Positions 1-7,751 of a stretch of 32,000 bases of DNA are shown piece by piece. The notes beneath the pieces were generated by a model, which did no database searches, was not told the DNA's origin, and saw only the letters and a program-made list of their open reading frames with translations. The DNA comes from Candidatus Electrothrix yaqonensis. Its GTDB lineage: Bacteria > Desulfobacterota > Desulfobulbia > Desulfobulbales > Desulfobulbaceae. Each line of letters begins with the position of its first letter. Positions within the stretch are counted from its first letter, which is position 1. Location of the stretch: NCBI GenBank assembly GCA_047651235.1, contig CP178758.1, positions 2,730,001 to 2,762,000 of the forward strand, read 5' to 3'. Made by a program: the position numbers and the translations under genes.

Positions 1-1442
1 AAAATGCCGGAAGGTGTCAGGCCGGGACGGCACATATCTGCCAGAGCATGGGCCAGCTGACGGAGATTGTCTTTCCATTTGGCAGCGGTCTGGTACTGCA
101 TCAGAGCGGCAACAGGATCATCCTGGCCCGTGACAGTGTCCAGGATTTTCTGCGCCGTCTTGGGCCCGACCTTTTCCATCTGCAGGAGGATACGGCTCCA
201 GGACAGATTATCCCAGGGATTGATCAGGACCCGGAGAAAGGCCAGAGCATCCTTGATATGGGCTGATTCAGTCAGCTTCATGCCGCCGCGTTTCTCGAAT
301 TCCAGGCCGTGGCTGGTCAGCTCCATTTCCAGCTTATATGAGTGGAAACCGGAGCGGAACAGCACGGCAATTTCGTCATTCGGCGTTCCGGCAGCCAGCA
401 GCTCCTTAATCCGGTCAACCACAAACCGGGCCTCGCCGCCTTCATTGCGGGCCGCATAAACCACCGGCCTGTTCCCGCCTTCGATTTCGCTGAACAACTC
501 TTTCGCGTACTTTTCTTCAGCTTTGTCGATAATGGCGTTGGTCAGGGCAAGGACAGGCTGGACCGAGCGGTAATTCTGTTCCAGCTTAATGATTTCGGTA
601 TCAGGAAACTGATCCTGAAAACGCATGATGTTCTGAAAATCCGCGCCCCGGAAGCTGTAGATGGACTGGGCATCATCGCCGACCACCATCACGTTGTCGT
701 GCTCAGCCGCCAGCAGGCGGACGATCTCGGCCTGAATCAGGTTGGTGTCCTGGTATTCATCCACTAGGATATAGCGGAACTGGGAGCAGATTTCCTGCTG
801 GGCCTGATCCGATTCACTGAGCAGGCGGTGCCAGTTGACCAGCAGATCATCGTAATCCATCAGACCGTTATTCAACTTGAACTCCCGGTATTCTTTGCGG
901 ACATTCAGGATGTCATCGGTGAACTCAAGCAGATGGGAGTGGTTTTCAAAGAGCAGGTCTTCCAGAGGACGGGACTTGTTCACTGCGCCGGAGATCAGGT
1001 TGAGGATCACCCGTTTGCCGGGGAAACGCTTTCCGGCCCCGGACAGGCCCAGGGAGGTCCTGAGCAGATTGATGATGCCCTCGGCATCACCCCGGTCGAT
1101 GATGGTGAATCCGGAACCGAAGCCCAGATGATGTCCGTGCCTGCGCAGCAGCATGTTGGCCGTGGCATGAAAGGTCCCGCCGACCACCCGGCTGCAGGAA
1201 TGCCCGGAGATCCGTGTAGCCCGATTGAGCATTTCCTGAGCAGCTCTGCGGGTAAAGGTCAGCAGAAGGATGGATTCCGGTTCCACGCCCCGGTCCAGCA
1301 GCCGGGCCATACGGTGCACCAAAGTACGGGTCTTGCCGCTGCCTGCTCCGGCAATAACCAGCACCGGCCCGTCTCCATGAGTGACCGCTCTGCGCTGGGC
1401 AGCATTCAGCTCGGCTTCCTGTGACGATAGAGTATGCATCAT
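1..1442 (-). CDS. UvrD/PcrA/Rep-family SF1 DNA helicase, N-terminal ~480 aa (C-terminal part lies beyond the left window edge)
   Basis: Absent from the ORF track (no stop in window). Reverse-strand translation from ATG 1442-1440 gives MMHTLSSQEAELNAAQRRAVTHGDGPVLVIAGAGSGKTRTLVHRMARLL... Motifs seen: Walker A AGAGSGKT, FRYILVDEYQDTN (motif II), VVGDDAQSIYSFRGA (motif III), LEQNYRS (motif IV), FEKRGGMKLTESAHIKDALAFLR. The frame stays open to nt 1. Plus-strand ORFs 342..767 and 828..1424 are antisense shadows of it. Confidence 0.9.
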   Translation of the reverse strand, partial: MMHTLSSQEAELNAAQRRAVTHGDGPVLVIAGAGSGKTRTLVHRMARLLDRGVEPESILLLTFTRRAAQEMLNRATRISGHSCSRVVGGTFHATANMLLRRHGHHLGFGSGFTIIDRGDAEGIINLLRTSLGLSGAGKRFPGKRVILNLISGAVNKSRPLEDLLFENHSHLLEFTDDILNVRKEYREFKLNNGLMDYDDLLVNWHRLLSESDQAQQEICSQFRYILVDEYQDTNLIQAEIVRLLAAEHDNVMVVGDDAQSIYSFRGADFQNIMRFQDQFPDTEIIKLEQNYRSVQPVLALTNAIIDKAEEKYAKELFSEIEGGNRPVVYAARNEGGEARFVVDRIKELLAAGTPNDEIAVLFRSGFHSYKLEMELTSHGLEFEKRGGMKLTESAHIKDALAFLRVLINPWDNLSWSRILLQMEKVGPKTAQKILDTVTGQDDPVAALMQYQTAAKWKDNLRQLAHALADMCRPGLTPSGI

Positions 1443-1484
1443 GGCGCATGGTTTACCACAACCGACCACTCCCTGCAACGGATG

Positions 1485-1514
1485 TTGACAGGTTTCCGCT
1501 TTTTGGGGTACATT
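1485..1514 (+). promoter_or_regulatory. Candidate sigma70-type promoter facing the 1676 CDS
   Basis: TTGACA (1485-1490), 18-nt spacer, TACATT (1509-1514). By-eye consensus match only. Confidence 0.35.
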
Positions 1515-1517
1515 TAC

Positions 1518-1539
1518 CTGCTGTATCAGTGTACAGCAG
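1518..1539. promoter_or_regulatory. Perfect palindrome with a CTGT-N8-ACAG core (LexA/SOS-box-like operator candidate)
   Basis: CTGCTGTA (1518-1525), N6, TACAGCAG (1532-1539). The core CTGTATCAGTGTACAG (1521-1536) fits the E. coli-type SOS box CTGT-N8-ACAG. It lies 76 nt upstream of the helicase ATG and immediately downstream of the plus-strand -10 candidate. Confidence 0.4.
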
Positions 1540-1675
1540 AAGCCTCACCGGCTCCGGCAGAGTACGTGGAAACGGACAGCTCCGCCTGCCGGATGCACAG
1601 CCGTGTATATGTGGCATCAGCAACACATCAACCCATCAAACTCAACTCAATAGAGAACAACAGAGCAGAACGCAA

Positions 1676-2068
1676 ATGGAATCCATGCATGATGTATTTA
1701 CCGAGGATGTACTGAAGGAACTTTTTCCGGCCCAACGGGCTGATGAATTTTTTGAAGCCCTGTTCGGCGATGCGGACGAAGGCGCCTATGACATTGCCCT
1801 GAGCTTTCAGGGCCACGATGAGCATACCAACACCCTGAACTTCACCCTGGACCTGAACGAACGTCCCGGCCGCTGCCTGGCCTGCAACCTGACCAGCGGC
1901 CTGCCCCAAGTGTTCTCCCGCCACAAGGTAATTAATATTGACGGGCTGGTTACGGATGTAGAAAAGAAGCTGCAGGGCAGGGCCAAATGCGGGGCCTGGA
2001 AGCTCGGCAGAACGCAGCAGCCGACCGGAAACCTGCACAGTATCCCGCTGCAGATTGATCTTGCCTGA
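1676..2068 (+). CDS. Hypothetical small acidic protein (130 aa)
   Basis: ATG at 1676 inside ORF-track ORF 1421..2068. The upstream 85 codons overlap the promoter/palindrome region. Product starts MESMHDVFTEDVLKELFPAQRADEFFEALFGDADEG and contains GRCLACN. No family recognised with confidence. It is the only convincing plus-strand gene. Confidence 0.55.
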   Translation: MESMHDVFTEDVLKELFPAQRADEFFEALFGDADEGAYDIALSFQGHDEHTNTLNFTLDLNERPGRCLACNLTSGLPQVFSRHKVINIDGLVTDVEKKLQGRAKCGAWKLGRTQQPTGNLHSIPLQIDLA

Positions 2069-2088
2069 AGCATCCTACCGTAAATCCG

Positions 2089-2111
2089 GCGGGGCGGTTC
2101 CCATGCCCCGC
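2089..2111. terminator. GC-rich hairpin between convergent genes (weak intrinsic-terminator candidate)
   Basis: GCGGGGC (2089-2095) pairs with GCCCCGC (2105-2111) across a 9-nt loop. It sits between the stop at 2068 (+) and the stop at 2120 (-). The T tract is poor (CGCATTTAAT). Confidence 0.3.
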
Positions 2112-2119
2112 GCATTTAA

Positions 2120-2965
2120 TCAGAAGCAATCAAGCGCGGTTCCGTCATAGGCTGCGTACATGACATTCATGTTCTCGGTTTCTCCGATTGTCACTTCACC
2201 GGTTTGGGTGAGGGCAATCAGTCCCAGGCGGTAGCCGTATGCATTGGATTCCGTAACCAGCCTGCTGATGGCAGCAGCAAGGGGCATTCCGTCTTCCACA
2301 CGGGTGACGAGCGAAGATGCTGCGGCCTGATTGACAATATCCTCACCCCGTCCTGTGCAGGAGACGCCGCAGACGCCGGTGGCATATGTTCCGGCAACGG
2401 TTGCGCTGTCGCCGATCCTGCCGGGCAGTTCATAGCCTATGCCGCCGGTTGATGTTGCCGCCGTTATACTACCTTGGGAATCCAGTGCTACAGCACCTAC
2501 GGTTCCGGTTTCGCCGACAAGTTTGTCGCGGTATTCCTGCAGCCTGTGCGATGTTGCCGGATTATAAAAGCGAACGTTTTTCTGCCGGGCAAAATCAGTG
2601 GCCTCTTCCCCGGCAAGCACGGTATGTCTTTCTGCGTGAAGCATATCCGCAATCTGAATCGGATTCTTTACGTTACGAATGTTGGCAACCCCGGAAAAAC
2701 GTTTATCCGCTGAACTCATAATGGCGGCCGACATCCGTATCTGCCCGTCCCGCTGAATTTTCGAGCCTGTCCCGGCGTTAAACAGCGGATCATTTTCCAT
2801 TGCCGCAACGGCATACAGACAGGCATCTCTGGCCCCGTCTTTTGCAAGAACCGCGAAACTGCGTTTGACAATTCTCTTCAGTTTCTGTCTGTACTGCTTG
2901 GCATCGCAGTGAGCTCCTTCCCATTTACCGGCACCGCAGTGGATGATTATGCATGGTTTGTTCAT
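2120..2965 (-). CDS. Isoaspartyl peptidase / L-asparaginase (Ntn-hydrolase, asparaginase-2 family)
   Basis: ORF 2120..3013. The likely start is the internal ATG at 2965 (MNKPCIIIHCGAG...). GTVGAVALD carries the autoprocessing/nucleophile Thr context. GGIGYELPGRIGDS and CTGRGEDI are typical of plant-type asparaginase/isoaspartyl peptidase. Confidence 0.8.
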   Translation of the reverse strand: MNKPCIIIHCGAGKWEGAHCDAKQYRQKLKRIVKRSFAVLAKDGARDACLYAVAAMENDPLFNAGTGSKIQRDGQIRMSAAIMSSADKRFSGVANIRNVKNPIQIADMLHAERHTVLAGEEATDFARQKNVRFYNPATSHRLQEYRDKLVGETGTVGAVALDSQGSITAATSTGGIGYELPGRIGDSATVAGTYATGVCGVSCTGRGEDIVNQAAASSLVTRVEDGMPLAAAISRLVTESNAYGYRLGLIALTQTGEVTIGETENMNVMYAAYDGTALDCF

Positions 2966-3076
2966 AACGGTATTTTCTGGATTTTGTAAATATAAACAGG
3001 CGACAGGTTGCATTCTGTTCCTGCCGGTACCGTAAGGCTAAGGCATCACCGGCAGAGGGGGAATGTACTTCCAGGA

Positions 3077-3721
3077 TTACAGGAGTTCTCCTGAAGTATA
3101 GTCGAGTAATAATGCAGAGCGCAACACGCCGTTTTTGCCCTGAACATTACAGTTGATATATCGTGTGGCACCATGTCTGATCATGCCGTGATGGTTGTGG
3201 ATATGGCCAAAAATATGATATTTGGGTTGTACGACAGCCACAGCGGCTGCGAGGTCTGAACAGCCGTGACAGACCGGGCCGTTCCGGTCAAGGATACCGG
3301 CCGGAGGCGTATGCGTGACAAGAATATCGACTTGCGGCGGGATCATCTCCCATTTTTTTCTGATAATTTTCCCGCGCGGCAGGGCAAAGGCATCACAGGC
3401 AATGTCGTTGAACAGCGGCTGCCAGGGTGCCCCGTAAATAGTGATATGGTCAATGACGACAGATTCGTCTTGCAGATAAATTGCCTCTGAAAGAAGGGCA
3501 TTGGCCTTTTCCAGATCACAACAGGCAAGCCGATGGTCGTGGTTCCCGGCAACCACGATTTTATGCCTATGCGGCAGGCTGCCGAGGAAGTTGTTAAAGT
3601 TTCGCACATCCCGGTCGGTTCTGCAGTGGGTCATATCACCGGCAAAGATCAGCATATCTGCATTCGGGATATTGATTTTCTCATGTAAGGTATGGGTATC
3701 GCTGAAGAGTGCTATTTTCAT
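3077..3721 (-). CDS. Calcineurin-like metallophosphoesterase
   Basis: ORF 3077..3910. The likely start is the ATG at 3721 (MKIALFSDTHTLH). Motif series: SDTH, FAGDMTH, VAGNHDH, VTHTPP, FGHIHNHHG. The alternative start at 3736 cannot be excluded. Confidence 0.8.
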   Translation of the reverse strand: MKIALFSDTHTLHEKINIPNADMLIFAGDMTHCRTDRDVRNFNNFLGSLPHRHKIVVAGNHDHRLACCDLEKANALLSEAIYLQDESVVIDHITIYGAPWQPLFNDIACDAFALPRGKIIRKKWEMIPPQVDILVTHTPPAGILDRNGPVCHGCSDLAAAVAVVQPKYHIFGHIHNHHGMIRHGATRYINCNVQGKNGVLRSALLLDYTSGELL

Positions 3722-3869
3722 GACGCAGGTCGGCATTGATTTTCCGGTTGCTATCGGGCGGTTCTCAACAATATACCCAGAGCAGCAGGGCAGGGCGGAT
3801 GATAGATATTTCCGGGAGATTTGGTGGTGATTTTGGGTCAGTAATAGCCTCCGGTCAGGCCGAACCAGT

Positions 3870-4298
3870 TTATAGATTGGGAAATAAGTGGGCGTCCTCT
3901 TTTCGGGCATGAACCAGTATCATTTCGAGCAGCTTCCTGCTTGACAGCATAATGTCTTCAACCTGTTCTTCCGTGGGCTGGTCCCCGTACGAAGCAACTC
4001 TTTCCATAAACACAGCAAGTTTGTGTAATATTTTTATATGGTCCTGTTGCAGTATCCGAACCAATCTTCTTTCTTTTTCATTGCCGTATTGGATGATAAG
4101 GGGGAATATCTCCTCCTCTTCAAACTGGAAATGCTTCACTATATATTCATCTGAGAACTTCCGGAGTCTTTTGATGTAGTCCTGTACTTCATCGGCATCT
4201 ATTCCTTCGATGAATTTTTTAAAGAACGTCATCTCTTCGGAAATCATACCGTGATCAAGGTATGCCTTGGTCAGTTTGTCCATTTTTACGTCTTTCAT
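3870..4298 (-). CDS. Hemerythrin-like (HHE cation-binding) domain protein
   Basis: 142 aa. Repeated H...E...FP units (HFQFEEEEIFP, HARKEDAHLFP; also QQDHIKILH). AT-rich like the three genes upstream of it: about 32% GC in the 60-nt line at 4021, by hand count. Confidence 0.65.
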   Translation of the reverse strand: MKDVKMDKLTKAYLDHGMISEEMTFFKKFIEGIDADEVQDYIKRLRKFSDEYIVKHFQFEEEEIFPLIIQYGNEKERRLVRILQQDHIKILHKLAVFMERVASYGDQPTEEQVEDIMLSSRKLLEMILVHARKEDAHLFPNL

Positions 4299-4359
4299 GA
4301 TTGTTGTTCGAAACAGATAATATCAATTAAACCTAATGATTTATGACTATATATGTCAA

Positions 4360-4977
4360 CTAATTATCCGTATCAATTGGTTCTTCTTTCTTCAATATAT
4401 TTTGCCGTTCCAGTTCAAACGCTATAAAAGGATATCTTTTCTGTAAGTGTTTAAAAGAAATTTCATTCTTGAAATAATGAGAACAGCAGATCTGTCGCTC
4501 TATAACTAAATCTTCATCATCATTGAGCTTCAAGTGCTTTATCGTTTCCTGTAAAGGTTCTTGTTCTTTCGGAGAAAGTTTCGGGTTCGGCTTTATAAGG
4601 AATGATCTGAAATCAAGAACAAACGAGTTGGGGAGTAACTTGAACGGATCAACAACAGAATGCGTTCCTTTTCTGGCGTTGAATCTGAGAGAGGAGTACC
4701 TGTAATTATCCCATTCATAGGCCAATTCAGGTTGTCGTGATTTTGGGATAAAATGATCTATTGAGTGATTGCCTGTGCTGTGCGGAATCCAGGATGCCGA
4801 GTAGGCGCAAATTCCTTTATATGCCTTGCGCATATCAGGCAAAACACGCTGCCAGTATTCTCTGCCCCGCCATTGCTGAGAAGTCGGGCTGTGGTTTTCA
4901 GAGAGAAAGTGTTTCCCGGGATTTCGTACCCGCTTTGTAAAATCAGGAGGTTCCGGGTGCTGCTGAACGGGGATCAT
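4360..4977 (-). CDS. HNH (His-Me finger) nuclease-like protein, PtuB/TIGR02646-like
   Basis: 205 aa. Core is NHSIDHFIPKSRQPELAYEWDNYRYSSLRFNARKG (about nt 4666-4767) with the DH...N...N arrangement. Its ATG overlaps the stop of the upstream ATPase (ATGA at 4974-4977). Confidence 0.7.
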   Translation of the reverse strand: MIPVQQHPEPPDFTKRVRNPGKHFLSENHSPTSQQWRGREYWQRVLPDMRKAYKGICAYSASWIPHSTGNHSIDHFIPKSRQPELAYEWDNYRYSSLRFNARKGTHSVVDPFKLLPNSFVLDFRSFLIKPNPKLSPKEQEPLQETIKHLKLNDDEDLVIERQICCSHYFKNEISFKHLQKRYPFIAFELERQNILKKEEPIDTDN

Positions 4978-6905
4978 AACTCTACACCGTGTTCTTCAGC
5001 GAAAAATGTCCATCGAGGCCAGAAAGGATCATGCGCTGCAAGATATTTCACCAGAAGATCCGATACTTCGGCAACCTCTGCGCGTGTAACATTCTCTTTA
5101 TCTTGGATTTTCTTCGCGTCTTCAATAGCCTTTTCGCCTTCCAGAGAACGCGGTTGCGCAAGTTCAAAGAACTCAGATTGCAGCCAGGAATTGACAGTGC
5201 CGTATCTGATGAATTCCGGTTCCTGCAACACAACTTCAGCTCCTGAATGCTTATTGACTAAATTCAGATGAAAAATTCTGTCTTTATTCCTTTCAAAGAG
5301 AGGTTCAACAGCGGACAGTAATAAAGGGGAATGCGTGGCAATCAGAAGCTGCACGTTCAACTCAGGTGCCAAATCTGCTTGGATGCCTAATAATGCGGGA
5401 AGAATTTTTCGCTGCCACTGCGGGTGTAAATGCGCTTCGATCTCATCCACCAAGATCACCATTCTTCTTTGCGGCGGTTTGCGAATCAAACCGGACTGCG
5501 TTTTATGTTCTTCCCAAGCCCAAACAATCAGATAGGCCAAGGCCACTATCCGGCGGACTCCGGCTGAAGCATAGATAAGCGGTACCTCACCATAGGAATG
5601 CTTAATGGTCGGCATCCAACGGCTGTCATTGGATACTCGGGTCGGTTTTCCCGGTTCCAGTGTACCAAGATCCCCTTTGTCCAGATCCGGTGGAGACAGG
5701 CGTTTCAAGACCCGTTTCAATGTTGCAAACGGTTCTTTTTCAGGACTGTTCTGCCAGAGAATCCAGTCTGCAATTAACCCGTTTGATAAAAAGGTGGTCT
5801 GACCACCAGTTATCTCCTGCAGACCATTCCAGATTTCATTTCTTGTAAAAATGAGCGGTCTGGAAAATTTCCTTTGAGCGGATTCGGGCCAATAGTCCCT
5901 TGCCGGATCCCATACAGCAAAAGCTCCATCAACACGGGCATAAAGAAGAAGGCCGGGTATTGCCGGACGTTCCTCAAGCAGAGACCAGTCCTGTTTCTCC
6001 CAGTTATACTCAGAGAGGCCCTTATTTAGTTTTCCTGTTTTTCCTTTGATCTCAAAAGATATTTTTGACTCGTAGGCATTCGTGTTCTGTCCGGGATAGG
6101 CAGGAAAACCAGTCCAGTTTCCGCTTAATGCCCACCAAGCACATTCCAAAACAAAGCTTTTCCCTAATCCGTTGTCACCTGTAAAGAGGTTGATTCGTTC
6201 CGCCAAGTGCAGGTCAAGTTTTTTTGCCGGACCAACTCCTTCAATCAAGAGTGCTGAAAGGGTTCCGCCTTCGTCCTTAGGAGCATCGTCAGGCACCGGA
6301 ATATTCAACTTTTCTACCAATTCTTGCCAAGAAAAGAGGTGCTCACTAAAAATAGAGTCTCCTTGGCAAGTTCTATCTATTGATGTATCAAATAATTCTT
6401 CCTGTTCTATATCATTAATTTTGAATTTCTTAAAAAATTCATCAATTATTTGTTGCGCTGTTGTAGACAAATGCCATTTTTTTTCTCGGAATATCCATAC
6501 AGCAAGAGCAAATGCCGGTATTAGTCGTTCCTGATAAAGATGTCGCTTTAGAATGGTTACATACTCTTTCTTCCAGCCCCATTGATCTGTTCCTTTAGCA
6601 TGGATAAATGCCTCCCCAAATGTACTTGTCCTTAATTTTTGCGAGCCTTTCCAAGGATAATCTGGTCGAAGCCAAAATTTACTTTTATCTGATACCCTGA
6701 AAGGTCTATAGAAGTATTTGGAATCGGACTCCGGTTGAAAATATTTCTGTAGAAATATTTCTTCTTCACGGTTTATAGCAAATGATAAAGCAGTTCCTAC
6801 AGGAAAATCAAGTTGTTTAGCGACGAGGAAGTTGATCCCAAAAAAAGGATGTACCAACTCAAGAGAATTGAGACAATTTTCAATCTGTATTTGACTCAAA
6901 AACAT
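4974..6905 (-). CDS. ABC/SMC-like AAA ATPase (AAA_15/AAA_21-type, PtuA-like) with an unassigned ~235-aa N-terminal domain
   Basis: 643 aa. Walker A INLFTGDNGLGKSFVLE (GDNGLGKS about nt 6156-6179). Signature-like ASAGVRRIVALAYL. Walker B RMVILVDEIEAHLHP (about nt 5421-5462). H-loop region LLIATHSPLLL. An AAGGA Shine-Dalgarno overlaps the methyltransferase stop 9 nt upstream. Confidence 0.75.
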   Translation of the reverse strand: MFLSQIQIENCLNSLELVHPFFGINFLVAKQLDFPVGTALSFAINREEEIFLQKYFQPESDSKYFYRPFRVSDKSKFWLRPDYPWKGSQKLRTSTFGEAFIHAKGTDQWGWKKEYVTILKRHLYQERLIPAFALAVWIFREKKWHLSTTAQQIIDEFFKKFKINDIEQEELFDTSIDRTCQGDSIFSEHLFSWQELVEKLNIPVPDDAPKDEGGTLSALLIEGVGPAKKLDLHLAERINLFTGDNGLGKSFVLECAWWALSGNWTGFPAYPGQNTNAYESKISFEIKGKTGKLNKGLSEYNWEKQDWSLLEERPAIPGLLLYARVDGAFAVWDPARDYWPESAQRKFSRPLIFTRNEIWNGLQEITGGQTTFLSNGLIADWILWQNSPEKEPFATLKRVLKRLSPPDLDKGDLGTLEPGKPTRVSNDSRWMPTIKHSYGEVPLIYASAGVRRIVALAYLIVWAWEEHKTQSGLIRKPPQRRMVILVDEIEAHLHPQWQRKILPALLGIQADLAPELNVQLLIATHSPLLLSAVEPLFERNKDRIFHLNLVNKHSGAEVVLQEPEFIRYGTVNSWLQSEFFELAQPRSLEGEKAIEDAKKIQDKENVTRAEVAEVSDLLVKYLAAHDPFWPRWTFFAEEHGVEL

Positions 6906-6914
6906 TGGCTATCC

Positions 6915-7751
6915 TTATAGCTTTGATAAACTTTCGACTATATATTGGCAGAATTCCGGGTTAAGATCAATACCTGTAGCAGAACATCCAGACTGAACCG
7001 CAACCCGCAACGTAGTTCCTCCTCCAGCGAATGGATCAAGCACAGAACCTCCTATAGGACATCCAATATCAAGACATCTTTGTACCAATTCATCTGGATA
7101 AGGAGCTGTACCTATATGTGTTCCTTTAGGCCGCGCCGAGATCGTCCACATGTCTTCTTGCTCTTCAGCTTCAAGAGCTTGCCTATTAAAGTAATATTTA
7201 CGATTTTTGACAAACATGAAGATATGTTCATAACTTCTTCGTGGTCGATCCTGCACTGATTCTGGCAAAGAATGTTTTCGATACCAAATAATAGGACTCC
7301 GCAATACCCAATTGCGTTTACACATTTCCAAAGCCACTCTCCAAGGAATACCTATAAGAGATTTCGGCTTAACTCCGATATCTAAGCCGCCACTCTTATC
7401 CACCGCCCGTAAACCGAATCGCCGTTTACTGCTTTTTTTATCAACTCCGTGTGATTTTCCTTTACCGGAATAATAGGTGTCTCCAATGTTTAAAAAAAGT
7501 ACACCGTCTTGTTTGATTACTCGGTAAACTTCATCCATCACATTACTAATGGAATCAACATATCCTTCAACAGTATCTTCAATACCAATTTGTCCGTCAA
7601 CTCCATAATCGCGTAACCAGTAGTACGGAGGTGATGTAACTACACAATTATAGTGTTCAGCTGGTAATTCTTTGAGAATTTTAAGGGCATCTCCCTTATA
7701 AACAGTCCAATCTGTATTCGACTTTGTGTGTCCATAAAACTTTTGAATCAT
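6915..7751 (-). CDS. Beta-class DNA amino-methyltransferase (N4-cytosine or N6-adenine)
   Basis: 278 aa. Motif IV VVTSPPYYWLRDYG (SPPY about nt 7623-7634) precedes motif I VLDPFAGGGTT (about nt 7011-7037). That is the circular permutation of beta-group MTases. SPPY rather than DPPY leans toward m4C. Confidence 0.85.
   Translation of the reverse strand: MIQKFYGHTKSNTDWTVYKGDALKILKELPAEHYNCVVTSPPYYWLRDYGVDGQIGIEDTVEGYVDSISNVMDEVYRVIKQDGVLFLNIGDTYYSGKGKSHGVDKKSSKRRFGLRAVDKSGGLDIGVKPKSLIGIPWRVALEMCKRNWVLRSPIIWYRKHSLPESVQDRPRRSYEHIFMFVKNRKYYFNRQALEAEEQEDMWTISARPKGTHIGTAPYPDELVQRCLDIGCPIGGSVLDPFAGGGTTLRVAVQSGCSATGIDLNPEFCQYIVESLSKL

Noticed and set aside
342-1424. Plus-strand ORFs 342..767 and 828..1424 (141 and 198 aa)
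   Set aside because: They lie antisense to a helicase reading frame with unmistakable SF1 motifs. Their own translations are low-complexity (Gln/His/Gly/Val-rich) with no motifs.
2966-3910. N-terminal extensions of the asparaginase (2966..3013) and metallophosphoesterase (3722..3910) ORFs
   Set aside because: Both families begin right at the first beta-strand (MNKPCIIIHCGAG / MKIALFSDTH). The extensions have atypical composition, and the second would overlap the hemerythrin gene.
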